From a virus, in IMG/VR virus record IMGVR_UViG_3300045988_135716, positions 1 through 64,000 of that record: a DNA stretch of 64,000 bases; one strand, 5' to 3'. The notes beneath the pieces were generated by a model. That model searched no databases, was not told the origin of the DNA, and was given only the letters and a program-made list of their open reading frames with translations. Both the position numbers and the translations under genes were made by a program. The first letter of the stretch is position 1; every line of letters begins with the position of its first letter. Below, one piece after another: positions 46,024 through 55,350 of this stretch.

Positions 46024-47202
46024 ATGATGGAATTTAAAATTACTATGAAGGAAATGAAAGATGTTGTTAAAAAGATTGAAAAGTCAGTAATGAAGAAAGC
46101 TGCACTTTCAATCCTGGAAACGGTACTTGTTAAACAGGAAAATGGTCAACTTGCATTTATCGCAAGTAACACGGAAGAAGAATTACATATTTATAAAAAT
46201 GTTCTTGTTACTGGAAATGATTCTTTCTGTATTGCGCTAGATAACTTAAAAAAGATCGTAAAACTTAAAGCTGATGTTATCACTATTACATACGATTCAG
46301 AAGATAAGAAAATATTAGTTAGCACTGGAAAGAAGATCGTATCATTTGTTTCAGAATGGGATATAACATCTTTTCCGTTGATGTATATTAAAGAACCAGA
46401 AGAAACATGGTTTATTTCAAGGTATACAAGTTTTTATGAAATGATGGAAAAATTATCAGTATATCTTGAAGATGCAGACGAGAATTACAAAGCAATGACT
46501 TGTTATAATTTCAATATTGCAAAGAATAGAATTGTTGCACTTGATGGTCATAGAATGGGAGTGTGTAACCCGTCCGAAAATATCGGAAAATTTAATAACG
46601 ATTCAGAATTGAAAGAAATCAATTTAAAGCGTACTTTCTGGATTAAATTAAAAAATTGTATTGCGAAAGAAGTTAATGGTGAACAGAACACTATATCTAT
46701 GGCAAGTGCGGAAAATAAAACATATATCACTGGAAATGATTTTATGATGATTGTTAGAAATGTTGATGTAATGTATTTTAACGTTGATGGAATGATTTTG
46801 AATGAGTTAGATTTAATGATGGTTAATGTAAGTACAAAAGAACTCAAAGAATCAGCAGAATATAATGTTACTTTATATGATAAGGATCATAGAAAGCCAA
46901 TGTATATGGAGTTTATCGGAAATTATGTAATGTCTTATATGAAGTCACAGACAGAAGAATCATTTGATAGAATTACATTAATGGAAAATGGTGTAAATGA
47001 TGGCTTTATGATCGGATTTAATCCACGATTTATAAAAGATTTATGCAATGGAATTGATACAGAATTTGCGAGAATGGGTTTTCGTAATGCTAAATCTCCT
47101 GTTATGGCATACGATGGAGATTTTACCTATCTTGTATTACCTGTTAATATCAACGAATGTGATGTATCAGAAAGAATTGATAAATTGATGAAAGCTGCAT
47201 AA
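46024..47202 (+). CDS. DNA polymerase sliding clamp (beta-clamp-like)
   Basis: 392 aa. The N-terminal pattern F-KITMKEMKDVVKKIEK...LSILETVLVK..NGQLAFIASNTEEEL follows the DnaN consensus layout. Confidence 0.6.
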   Translation: MMEFKITMKEMKDVVKKIEKSVMKKAALSILETVLVKQENGQLAFIASNTEEELHIYKNVLVTGNDSFCIALDNLKKIVKLKADVITITYDSEDKKILVSTGKKIVSFVSEWDITSFPLMYIKEPEETWFISRYTSFYEMMEKLSVYLEDADENYKAMTCYNFNIAKNRIVALDGHRMGVCNPSENIGKFNNDSELKEINLKRTFWIKLKNCIAKEVNGEQNTISMASAENKTYITGNDFMMIVRNVDVMYFNVDGMILNELDLMMVNVSTKELKESAEYNVTLYDKDHRKPMYMEFIGNYVMSYMKSQTEESFDRITLMENGVNDGFMIGFNPRFIKDLCNGIDTEFARMGFRNAKSPVMAYDGDFTYLVLPVNINECDVSERIDKLMKAA

Positions 47203-47224
47203 TGGAAGAATGGAGGAAATAGTT

Positions 47225-47575
47225 ATGATTAAATTAAGTAATACAATAGCGGAAATTTTAGAAGATAATGGATTTAGCTATGATGAGGTTAAAGAACAGG
47301 ATGGAAAATATTACATAGAACTGAATAATGACACACCAGAGGGAGAAGATTGGTGGTTGACTGTATGGTTTGATGGAACGGATAAAAGTTTTGTTGATGC
47401 CGTAGAAGAAATTATAACTGATTTTGATGTAGATGAAGAAGTGGAAATATTGATACCATCAAGAGGGCAAAATGGTGTACCGTCCAGTATTTCAGCATTG
47501 GTACACGATGCAGAATGGAAATTAGAACAATTAGAATCATTGTTATCTGATTTACAAAGAGGGAAAGTCGCATAA
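47225..47575 (+). CDS. acidic hypothetical protein
   Basis: SD GGAGGA before ATG 47225. Confidence 0.5.
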   Translation: MIKLSNTIAEILEDNGFSYDEVKEQDGKYYIELNNDTPEGEDWWLTVWFDGTDKSFVDAVEEIITDFDVDEEVEILIPSRGQNGVPSSISALVHDAEWKLEQLESLLSDLQRGKVA

Positions 47576-47598
47576 TTAACGATGAAATGTATCTTTTA

Positions 47599-47636
47599 TA
47601 GCCTTGTAGAGAATAAATCTATAAGGCTAATTTTAT
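47599..47636 (+). terminator. terminator-like hairpin
   Basis: tagcctt/aaggcta stem followed by ATTTTAT. Confidence 0.45.
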
Positions 47637-47667
47637 ACTTAGAACAGGATTAAAGGAGAAGATTAAA

Positions 47668-47736
47668 ATGTACGAGTTAGGTTATTGTTTGGGAATTGGA
47701 CTTACAATACTTATTATAGTAGCAATACTGAGTTGA
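47668..47736 (+). CDS. 22-aa hydrophobic micropeptide
   Basis: SD AAAGGAG; MYELGYCLGIGLTILIIVAILS. Confidence 0.35.
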   Translation: MYELGYCLGIGLTILIIVAILS

Positions 47737-47750
47737 TGGAGGATATACAT

Positions 47751-48011
47751 ATGCAGAATTTAGCAAGCTTCATAGAGTATACAGATGGAAATAAACAGAA
47801 TACACACGTTTTTATGAGAATGCAGATGGATAACGGAAAAATAGAAGAGATTGATCTGTTTGCGAATGATAAAGTAAGAAAATACAAAACACGCCTGGAT
47901 GATAGTATAAGAGAAGGCGGAAAAGGTTCAGTTGCTAAAAAGAAAATGAGGATAGAATTGATAAACGCATTTGAAGCATTATTGAAAGCATCAGGATTAC
48001 ATATAGCATGA
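47751..48011 (+). CDS. hypothetical protein
   Basis: SD GGAGGA before ATG 47751. Confidence 0.5.
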   Translation: MQNLASFIEYTDGNKQNTHVFMRMQMDNGKIEEIDLFANDKVRKYKTRLDDSIREGGKGSVAKKKMRIELINAFEALLKASGLHIA

Positions 48012-48095
48012 TTCGTTTGTAGTTAGTAGTTGCTAGAATGGAAATTTTAGTAACTACGATAGTGCTTATGAACATAAAAATAATGAAAATAGATG

Positions 48096-48124
48096 TTGAC
48101 AAGTACCTGTTAAAATGATAATAT
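48096..48124 (+). promoter_or_regulatory. sigma-70-type promoter
   Basis: TTGACA, 17-nt spacer, TAATAT. Confidence 0.6.
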
Positions 48125-48147
48125 AATAGACGTAAGGAGGAAATCCA

Positions 48148-48303
48148 ATGGCGAAACCTAAGCAGAATGGAATAAGAAAGTCTGTTTATATTTCAAAAGA
48201 ATTGGAGGAATCATTGGAAAGAGAAGCACAAGAAAAGGGGACAAATTTTTCTAATCTCATAAGAATGATTCTTGTAGAACGGGAGAAAGATAAGCAGAAA
48301 TAG
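48148..48303 (+). CDS. 51-aa ribbon-helix-helix regulator
   Basis: SD AAGGAGG; KSVYISKELEESLEREAQEKGTNFSNLIRMIL has the beta-alpha-alpha layout. Confidence 0.55.
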   Translation: MAKPKQNGIRKSVYISKELEESLEREAQEKGTNFSNLIRMILVEREKDKQK

Positions 48304-48488
48304 AAATGGTGGTTCACAGCCTGAGAAACTAGAAACCACCATTAACCGCCATCAGCATGGAAAACCATTAACTGATTGACTTATCTATTATATATCATTT
48401 CAACACGATTAGTCAATCAGAAAATTTCCAATATTTTACAAATGCACATTGAGAACTAAATAATATGCAAGTACAGGAGGAATCAATT

Positions 48489-49226
48489 ATGGTAGAAACA
48501 AAGAAAATTCCATTTGAAGGTAGTGAACTGTTAGGAATCAAAGATGATTCTGGAAAATTATGGTTGGCAATCAGAAATGTTTGTTATGACTTAGGGTTTT
48601 CGGATGGTCAGACTAGGAGACAGGTTGAAAATGCAAGAAAAGATATCGTGCTTTCAAAAGGAATCGCAATTTTGCGTTACCCTTCCAAAGGTGGAGAACA
48701 GGAAACATTATGTGTCGTTGAAGATTATGTTACACTATGGCTTGCTAAAATTTCTCTTACTCCTACTATGAGAAGGAATAATCCAGAAGGTGTACAAAAA
48801 CTTGTTTTATATCAGTTAAAAGCTGCTAAAACACTTCACGAGGCATTTTTCGGAACAGAAGAACAGAAACAAGAATTTTTTAATGATTTAGGACTTACAG
48901 GACGTATTGAAGGAATGCAAGTTCAAATTAACGCAATGGAAGATCTTCTCGGAGAACAGACAGAAATGCTCAACAAGATGGTGGAAAATATGACGTTATC
49001 CACTAGACAGCAACAGAAGTTATATAAAGCAGCGAAAGACAGAATCAATAAACTTCTGGATGGAGCGCATGGGACTAAATACAAATGCTATTCCAAAAGC
49101 TATTTTATCAATATGTGGAATGAATTAAAGGAAAGGTTTGGATGTAGTTCTTATAAGGATTTAAACCCTATGTATTACAATGAAGCGTTTGACTTTATCG
49201 CAGAATGGGAATATACAGAACGATAA
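48489..49226 (+). CDS. Bro-N / antirepressor-like protein
   Basis: FEGSELLGIKDDSGKLWLAIRNVCYDLGFS resembles the BRO-N consensus. SD AGGAGG before ATG 48489. Confidence 0.5.
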   Translation: MVETKKIPFEGSELLGIKDDSGKLWLAIRNVCYDLGFSDGQTRRQVENARKDIVLSKGIAILRYPSKGGEQETLCVVEDYVTLWLAKISLTPTMRRNNPEGVQKLVLYQLKAAKTLHEAFFGTEEQKQEFFNDLGLTGRIEGMQVQINAMEDLLGEQTEMLNKMVENMTLSTRQQQKLYKAAKDRINKLLDGAHGTKYKCYSKSYFINMWNELKERFGCSSYKDLNPMYYNEAFDFIAEWEYTER

Positions 49227-49238
49227 TATTACATACTT

Positions 49239-49274
49239 ACAGGTGGTACTTGATATAGAGTGCCACCTGTTTTA
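49239..49274 (+). terminator. intrinsic terminator
   Basis: acaggtgg/ccacctgt stem followed by TTTTA. Confidence 0.65.
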
Positions 49275-49323
49275 ATTAACAGAGAATTAACAGATGAAAG
49301 AGATATTTCAGAGAGGTGAAACT

Positions 49324-49629
49324 ATGATTATTAATAAGATGGAAAATGGAGTATGGACGAGTATTGATACAGAAAGAAATGAAGTGTTATGTACCATAGA
49401 ATCACTTGGAAATCATATCTATAAAGCTACAAATAGTTTTTTAAAAATAACCGCAGAAGTATTTCCTATTGATGAATATACAACTTCTGTTAAATGTATC
49501 GAAAATAAAAACAGAACTAAGAATGGGATATATAGAAAATCAAGGAAATTATTGGATTCTAATATGAAATGGTTGGTTTATATGTTAGAAGAATGTGGAT
49601 TTATTAGAAAACCAAAAACTATATCATAA
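49324..49629 (+). CDS. hypothetical protein
   Basis: SD GAGAGGTG before ATG 49324. Confidence 0.5.
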   Translation: MIINKMENGVWTSIDTERNEVLCTIESLGNHIYKATNSFLKITAEVFPIDEYTTSVKCIENKNRTKNGIYRKSRKLLDSNMKWLVYMLEECGFIRKPKTIS

Positions 49630-49664
49630 AAGAAGAGTTTTAGGTTAAAAATGGAGGAAGTAAT

Positions 49665-49892
49665 ATGAAAGAATTTAAGGAATTTGTATTAGATAAATGT
49701 AAAGAGTTGAATATTTCAGATACGGAAAACATTTATTTTTCTCAGACAAGAGATATGTATTATGCTAATTATAAATCGAATTATCCAGAAAAAACAAATG
49801 GGGACTTTACAATTTCACAGGAAGTTATATCTGGTAAAAGAAAAATGTATGGAAATTTTAATGCTTTGATTCCAACAATAATAGAATTGTAG
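49665..49892 (+). CDS. hypothetical protein
   Basis: SD GGAGGA upstream. Confidence 0.5.
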   Translation: MKEFKEFVLDKCKELNISDTENIYFSQTRDMYYANYKSNYPEKTNGDFTISQEVISGKRKMYGNFNALIPTIIEL

Positions 49893-49929
49893 CAATGAAA
49901 CAAGAGTTTCTTTAGATAAGGAGAAGATT

Positions 49930-50214
49930 ATGAAAATAAATTTTGATATTACTAAAATTGTGTTTACACCATACTGCAATAATTATGACTTTACATTAGG
50001 TATTACGAGAGATAATGAAGGTGATGAATGCTATTTAGGAATAGATATTCCATGCAAAGACGATGCAGAATGGAGATTTTGGTTGTTATTTGAAGATGAC
50101 AATGTTGCTTGGAATATTTCTAATGAAGATAAAGAGTACGTTAAGCAAGAAGCAATAAAGCATTGTTTATCTAATGGATATTCATACAATGGAAAATATT
50201 TTGAACAGAGATGA
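49930..50214 (+). CDS. hypothetical protein
   Basis: SD AAGGAG upstream. Confidence 0.5.
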   Translation: MKINFDITKIVFTPYCNNYDFTLGITRDNEGDECYLGIDIPCKDDAEWRFWLLFEDDNVAWNISNEDKEYVKQEAIKHCLSNGYSYNGKYFEQR

Positions 50215-50254
50215 TGAAACGATGATTTACTGACAGAAAGTGAGGAAAAATATT

Positions 50255-50464
50255 ATGAAGACGAATACATTAATGCCTGTTATTAAAGCAATATTAAATG
50301 ATGAAGAATTTTTATGTGGTGGAATTTTTACTAAAGAAAAACAATATGCGAAAAAATATGATTTGACAATGGAAGAAATAGGAAATATTCAGACCTGTTT
50401 ATATTATGCATTACATATCAAAGATGAATGTTATAACGAGAGAATTAATCATTTGTGTGATTGA
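50255..50464 (+). CDS. hypothetical protein
   Basis: SD GTGAGGA before ATG 50255. Confidence 0.5.
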   Translation: MKTNTLMPVIKAILNDEEFLCGGIFTKEKQYAKKYDLTMEEIGNIQTCLYYALHIKDECYNERINHLCD

Positions 50465-50477
50465 GAGGTGGGAAAAA

Positions 50478-50696
50478 ATGAAAGTATATATGTTGGATGA
50501 TTTTTGGATCGGAAGTTATTGTGTAACCTGTGTTGCAGAAACGAAAGAGAAATGTATTGAAGTTGCATGGAAGAAAATCGGAGAGATGTTTCCAGGATAT
50601 GTTGAACAGTACAAGAATTGTTCTGAATGGGTGGAAGATAATTGGATTGAAAATAAGGTTGAAAAAATTACATTAGGAGAATGTATTGTTAGATAA
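50478..50696 (+). CDS. hypothetical protein
   Basis: SD GAGAGGTGGG before ATG 50478. Confidence 0.5.
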   Translation: MKVYMLDDFWIGSYCVTCVAETKEKCIEVAWKKIGEMFPGYVEQYKNCSEWVEDNWIENKVEKITLGECIVR

Positions 50697-50710
50697 GGAA
50701 AGGATATGAT

Positions 50711-50863
50711 ATGAGAAGTATTTCAAGCGCAATAATTAGTTTGACTTGTTGGTATATACTTACAAATTACAATGACGAAAGAGATGGCGAGAGAGTATTT
50801 TTAGCTTTGATGTCATTTGTAATGTTAGTAGTAGCAATTATATTGATGATTTTAGGATTTTAA
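50711..50863 (+). CDS. 50-aa two-helix membrane protein
   Basis: MRSISSAIISLTCWYIL...FLALMSFVMLVVAIILMILGF. Confidence 0.4.
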   Translation: MRSISSAIISLTCWYILTNYNDERDGERVFLALMSFVMLVVAIILMILGF

Positions 50864-50897
50864 TGAAATAAAATTTTATAAAGGAAGTGTAAATAAG

Positions 50898-51044
50898 TTG
50901 TATGGATTTTTAGAAGAGAAATGGATTAAAGATGGCTGTCATATTGATGAAATGCCAGATTATGAAATGGAAGATAAAGAAAGATTAAAAGATGCGTTAC
51001 GTGCATTAGATAGAACACTTGACAATTTCAAAAATGGAAAGTGA
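50898..51044 (+). CDS. 48-aa hypothetical protein (TTG start)
   Basis: AAGGAAG about 10 nt before the TTG; helical acidic sequence. Confidence 0.3.
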   Translation: MYGFLEEKWIKDGCHIDEMPDYEMEDKERLKDALRALDRTLDNFKNGK

Positions 51045-51054
51045 GGAAAGAGAC

Positions 51055-51247
51055 ATGAAAGTAGCAGTAACATGGGAGATGTGCGGGGTACATTGATATT
51101 GAAGCTAACAACATGGAAGAAGCTATGAAAAAATTCCACAGTGAATCGGATCATATTAAGCTTCCTGAAGATGGTGTCTATGTCGATGGCAGCTTTCAGT
51201 TAACATCTGATGATGTAGAGGAAATGGAAGCTATGTCTGAATGGTAG
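51055..51247 (+). pseudogene. small gene interrupted at a G4 run
   Basis: MKVAVTWEMCG stops after 13 codons. Removing one G at gcGGGGta joins it to YIDIEANNMEEAMKKFHSESDHIKLPEDGVYVDGSFQL... (64 codons). Confidence 0.45.
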
Positions 51248-51257
51248 GAGGAGACTT

Positions 51258-52100
51258 ATGAAAGTATATTTAGTATGTACATTGGATGATGAACATTATA
51301 GAGAACCATATTTTTACTTTTTCAAAACTGCTTTTGCGGCTCATAAATGGGTTATAAACAACTTAGTCAGTATTACAGAGGAAAGCCGAGAAGAAGTAAT
51401 AAGTGAGCTTGAATATAAAAATGTAGACGGATCCGACGACCAGATCATGCGAATTGATTATTCATACGGAGATGGAGAATTCTATGTTAACACTATTCAT
51501 GAAATTGAAATAAAAGATGGAGATTATCTTTGTATTTATCATCATGCTTACGAAGGTGTTGGATTCTATGTAGAGAAGATTGGCACTTTGGAAGAATGTA
51601 AAAATCATATGTTAGATTCTACAGCTAAAATGGCTAATGATCATGACATTGACATAACCAATGATGATATATTCGAAGTTAATTCATTTGATTCGTGTAT
51701 TGATGATGACTATCAGTGGCATATGAACAATATTATTCTGTTCAAGGCAGATGAAATTATTCAAGACGAAAAAAAAGAGTCTAAAGAAACTGAACCAGAA
51801 GAAATTGGAGCAACAATATTAACATCAGAGGAATCAAATAATAACGGTCATAAATACAGTGATGAAATTTATGAAGAGCTAAAAGATTATATGTATGGAC
51901 CTATTCCTGGATATGGTGTTACTTCTGATTATGTTGAAACTTCGTTAGAAGAAATAATTGAAGATATTGATGCCAGACCAAAATATGAAGTATTTAAAGA
52001 ATTGTGTAACTATCATGGAATTGCACCTAGTACGGTAGAGTATCTGTACGAATCTATTTGGGGAAAGCCAAAGGATAAAACAGTTGGATATTTCTTATAA
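51258..52100 (+). CDS. acidic hypothetical protein (280 aa)
   Basis: SD AGGAGGAG upstream. Confidence 0.55.
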   Translation: MKVYLVCTLDDEHYREPYFYFFKTAFAAHKWVINNLVSITEESREEVISELEYKNVDGSDDQIMRIDYSYGDGEFYVNTIHEIEIKDGDYLCIYHHAYEGVGFYVEKIGTLEECKNHMLDSTAKMANDHDIDITNDDIFEVNSFDSCIDDDYQWHMNNIILFKADEIIQDEKKESKETEPEEIGATILTSEESNNNGHKYSDEIYEELKDYMYGPIPGYGVTSDYVETSLEEIIEDIDARPKYEVFKELCNYHGIAPSTVEYLYESIWGKPKDKTVGYFL

Positions 52101-52198
52101 TACAAATAAAAATAAGGGGATAAAATTGCAGTATTTTTTAATAGGAGTTATAGCAAGAGTTATTATTGAATGGATATTTAAATGAAAGAAGGTGAAAC

Positions 52199-52387
52199 AT
52201 GAAAACTTATAACAGAAGAGAAGTTGAGAGAATTATTCTAAAGAATGGCTGGGAACTAGACCATTGTACTGGAGGACATTCGATTTATAAGAAAGAAGGT
52301 GTAAAGAAAACATTGTCTATTGCTTATAAGAAATGTAACCGGATGGTTGTGCAGAGACTTATTAAAGAGTTTGGGTTGGTTACGTAG
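52199..52387 (+). CDS. hicA: HicA-like toxin (mRNA interferase fold)
   Basis: 62 aa; REVERIILKNGWELDHCTGGHSIYKK...VVQRLIKEFGL follows the HicA consensus including the catalytic-region GxH. Confidence 0.65.
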   Translation: MKTYNRREVERIILKNGWELDHCTGGHSIYKKEGVKKTLSIAYKKCNRMVVQRLIKEFGLVT

Positions 52388-52396
52388 GTGCAAAAT

Positions 52397-52609
52397 ATGA
52401 GTATCATTAAAGCAAACAAGTTACATAAGGATATTAAAATAAAATCTTGCCCGTTTTGTGGAGAATCAGATGATATTGTTTTAGAAGAATATGAACATAC
52501 ATCTGGTAAAAGATGGAAAATCTATTGTTGCAACTGTATGTCTGGAATTGATAGAGGGTACGATCAGTCACCGTATGGATTAATTGATGCATGGAATAAG
52601 AGAGTATAA
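52397..52609 (+). CDS. lar: Lar-family restriction-alleviation protein
   Basis: CPFCGE...YCCNC...AWNKR pattern typical of the Lar family. Confidence 0.6.
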   Translation: MSIIKANKLHKDIKIKSCPFCGESDDIVLEEYEHTSGKRWKIYCCNCMSGIDRGYDQSPYGLIDAWNKRV

Positions 52610-52640
52610 GGAGAATGCATTATCAAATAAGGAGCGAAAT

Positions 52641-52874
52641 ATGAAGGTAAAAGATTTATTGGAAAATTATCAGGGAGATAATCATATAGAGATTTACGAT
52701 TGTTTTTCATGGGACACAAAAAGATTTAATAATAAAGCAATCGCAATCAAAAATTTTGGTTATTTCCCAGTGTTATCGTGGACAGTATTAACCACTCAAA
52801 ACAAAATTAAAAATTACAATAAAAAGTCAAATGTAACTGATGAAATGATGATTTCAGGATTGGAGAAAATATGA
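52641..52874 (+). CDS. hypothetical protein
   Basis: SD AAGGAG before ATG 52641. Confidence 0.5.
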   Translation: MKVKDLLENYQGDNHIEIYDCFSWDTKRFNNKAIAIKNFGYFPVLSWTVLTTQNKIKNYNKKSNVTDEMMISGLEKI

Positions 52875-53077
52875 ACAATAACGGGAAAATCAAATTGGAA
52901 CTTACACCAAAGGAAATAAGTATTTTATCAAATGGTTTAATTTGTTTAATTGACAATGCTTACAGAGCAGAAAAATTAACATGTGAAACATCTGTAATTA
53001 AAGCGTTAGATGAATCAGCGGAGATATATCAGAAACTTAATCAGAAAATTTGTAATTCAGTATCAAGAATGGAGTGA
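52871..53077 (+). CDS. hypothetical protein
   Basis: ATGA overlap with the upstream stop. Confidence 0.5.
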   Translation: MNNNGKIKLELTPKEISILSNGLICLIDNAYRAEKLTCETSVIKALDESAEIYQKLNQKICNSVSRME

Positions 53078-53081
53078 TAAT

Positions 53082-53225
53082 ATGATTTATTGTTATGTAT
53101 GCGGACAGAAAAGCAGAAAACAGTATTTTGATTTTGTTAATGGGAAATTTGTGTTAGTGGATAGATGTTTTAATCCTTTTTGTAAATCATACAACAAATT
53201 CATAAATTATGGGAGAACTATATGA
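53082..53225 (+). CDS. 47-aa Zn-ribbon-like protein
   Basis: CYVCG...CFNPFC; SD GGAGTG. Confidence 0.4.
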   Translation: MIYCYVCGQKSRKQYFDFVNGKFVLVDRCFNPFCKSYNKFINYGRTI

Positions 53226-53440
53226 AAGAAAAAGAATTAACGCTACAAGATGTAATTGATAAAAATATAGAAATTTTATGGAAAGAATTTCAGAACGTTC
53301 CTGTAGATTGTAATGGAAATCTTAAAGCTGCATGGTATGCATTTCCAAAAGGAACTAATAAGAATGCTGTATATGATTGGTTCAATCGTCACTATAGTAA
53401 GGGATTATCATATCTTATGGAAGAGGTGAAGAAAGAATGA
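53222..53440 (+). CDS. hypothetical protein
   Basis: ATGA overlap with the upstream stop. Confidence 0.5.
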   Translation: MKEKELTLQDVIDKNIEILWKEFQNVPVDCNGNLKAAWYAFPKGTNKNAVYDWFNRHYSKGLSYLMEEVKKE

Positions 53441-53592
53441 AAGGAACAAATAAATATGTAGAACATTGGGATAAAGACAAGCGTGATTCTGGAAACTGTT
53501 TCCGTAATTATAATGGAAATTATACAGAAAGAGAAGAAAATATGGAAAATTTTAACTTTGATGTGTGGTTGAGAGAAATGTTGCATAGATGA
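53437..53592 (+). CDS. 51-aa hypothetical protein
   Basis: ATGA overlap with the upstream stop; below the track cutoff. Confidence 0.4.
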   Translation: MKGTNKYVEHWDKDKRDSGNCFRNYNGNYTEREENMENFNFDVWLREMLHR

Positions 53593-53616
53593 ATCAGAGA
53601 ATTTAAGAGGTAGTGT

Positions 53617-54177
53617 ATGGGAAGAAGAGAATGGACAAAAGATGAAGAAACTTATATGTATAGAAGGTATTTGAATCAATCAGTTGAAACTACGGCAAAT
53701 TTTCTGGATAGAAGTGTATCATCTGTAAAGCATAAAGCAAGTAAAATGGGATTGAATCATTATTACGGGGAAAGAATTAGTGCGAAAACACTTGCAAAAT
53801 GCTTTCATTCAGATATAAGCGTAATAGTGAGATGGATTGATAAATATGATCTTCCTTGTAAAAAGGTCAAATTGAAAAATCAGACACGATATTTAATTGA
53901 CGCAGCAGAGTTTTGGAAATGGGCTGAAAATCATAAAGAGATAATTAACTGGAAGAAATACGAAAGAGAAACATTATTTCCAGAGCCATCATGGATTAAC
54001 TATGAATGGAAGAAAGATAACGGTAAACCAGAGCGACATGGAAATAAAATAACAGACTTTGAGAAGCTATCAATTAAAAACATGTTGAGAAAAGGCATGA
54101 GCAATAAGGAGATTGCAAAAGAAATACATAGAACTTATGAAGCTACGAAACATATCACAAAGACAGTATTTTGCTGA
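53617..54177 (+). CDS. DNA-binding protein with Myb/SANT-like N-terminus and C-terminal HTH
   Basis: REWTKDEETYMYRRY... and GMSNKEIAKEIHRTYEATKHI (sigma-r4/LuxR-like HTH). Confidence 0.4.
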   Translation: MGRREWTKDEETYMYRRYLNQSVETTANFLDRSVSSVKHKASKMGLNHYYGERISAKTLAKCFHSDISVIVRWIDKYDLPCKKVKLKNQTRYLIDAAEFWKWAENHKEIINWKKYERETLFPEPSWINYEWKKDNGKPERHGNKITDFEKLSIKNMLRKGMSNKEIAKEIHRTYEATKHITKTVFC

Positions 54178-54193
54178 GAAAGAGGAAAAATAA

Positions 54194-54289
54194 ATGATAA
54201 CAGGTATTATAATTGGAATAATTATTGGTGGGCTTACAGGAATGATGTGCACTTGCTTATGTGTAGCAAGTGGAAAGGAGAAGAGATAA
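54194..54289 (+). CDS. 31-aa hydrophobic micropeptide
   Basis: MITGIIIGIIIGGLTGMMCTCLCVASGKEKR. Confidence 0.35.
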   Translation: MITGIIIGIIIGGLTGMMCTCLCVASGKEKR

Positions 54290-54360
54290 TGTATACATTA
54301 GGATGTATTGCTTGTTTTGGATTTGTAGTGGTAATTATAGCAGCGTTACTTGATTTATAG
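54289..54360 (+). CDS. 23-aa hydrophobic micropeptide
   Basis: TAATG overlap; MYTLGCIACFGFVVVIIAALLDL. Confidence 0.35.
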   Translation: MYTLGCIACFGFVVVIIAALLDL

Positions 54361-54372
54361 GAGAAATTTATT

Positions 54373-54771
54373 ATGGACGAATTAAAAGAATTTCAATTAT
54401 ATGTATCGCAATTGGAAGAAGAAAATTTTAGACTGAAAAATTCTATTAAAGCATTAAGAAACAATAATAAATCCATGTTACAAGGATTAACAAAACTTCA
54501 AAGTTATGTACATAAGTTAAAACGAGATTTACATTACAATAATTATTGGGTGTCACTATTAATTCAGGACGATGAAAAGAGCAAACCATATCTTATTTCA
54601 ATGACAGATAGCGCACCACATTTAAAAGATGCAATGAAAATTATTGAAAGAGGAAGAAATAATTATAGAGTATTATCTGCGTGGGTTGATGTGTTTGACA
54701 AGAATAATGCAAAGATAACGATATTTCATGAATGCTATGTAAATGTAGTTGGAAAAGTGGAAAGGAAATAA
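54373..54771 (+). CDS. hypothetical protein with N-terminal coiled coil
   Basis: SD AGGAG upstream. Confidence 0.5.
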   Translation: MDELKEFQLYVSQLEEENFRLKNSIKALRNNNKSMLQGLTKLQSYVHKLKRDLHYNNYWVSLLIQDDEKSKPYLISMTDSAPHLKDAMKIIERGRNNYRVLSAWVDVFDKNNAKITIFHECYVNVVGKVERK

Positions 54772-54773
54772 AC

Positions 54774-54950
54774 ATGATAAAAGAAATAGCAATATGTGAT
54801 AAATGCGGAAAAGAAATGAATCCGTATACTGAAAGTAATGATATTACAATCAAATGGGATGATAAATATTTTACAAATACAACAGCCATTCATTTGTGCG
54901 ATGAATGTTATAAAGAATTTATGAGGATATATTTGCACGAGAATGTCTGA
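54774..54950 (+). CDS. 58-aa Zn-ribbon protein
   Basis: CDKCG...CDEC. Confidence 0.45.
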   Translation: MIKEIAICDKCGKEMNPYTESNDITIKWDDKYFTNTTAIHLCDECYKEFMRIYLHENV

Positions 54951-54977
54951 AACGAGAATTTCATGGAGGAAAGAAAT

Positions 54978-55349
54978 ATGGAAAATAAAAAGAGCTATGA
55001 ACGTATGAAAGCATTTCAAAAATCTTTAATGGAATTATCCAACGAAGTGGAAGATCAGTATTTAAAGATGCATAAAGAATGTATAGAAGAAATTGTCTTA
55101 AAAGAGGAAGAAAAAATAGTTCAGAAAAACGATATGCATGATTTATATGAGAGATTGACAGAATGTCATTCCTTGCGAATAACATACATAAAAAATCATC
55201 TTCCTTGGTATCTGAAACTATTTAAAGTTAATAGCACAGAAATGAAACTTTATGGAAATAGCCTTTTTATTGGTGTAAACTTATGGAAATCTAATAAAAC
55301 AAATTTCTTTATAGAAGTAAGACCTGTAGATATAGGATGGAAGAACTAA
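54978..55349 (+). CDS. hypothetical protein
   Basis: SD GGAGGA before ATG 54978. Confidence 0.5.
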   Translation: MENKKSYERMKAFQKSLMELSNEVEDQYLKMHKECIEEIVLKEEEKIVQKNDMHDLYERLTECHSLRITYIKNHLPWYLKLFKVNSTEMKLYGNSLFIGVNLWKSNKTNFFIEVRPVDIGWKN

Positions 55350-55350
55350 T

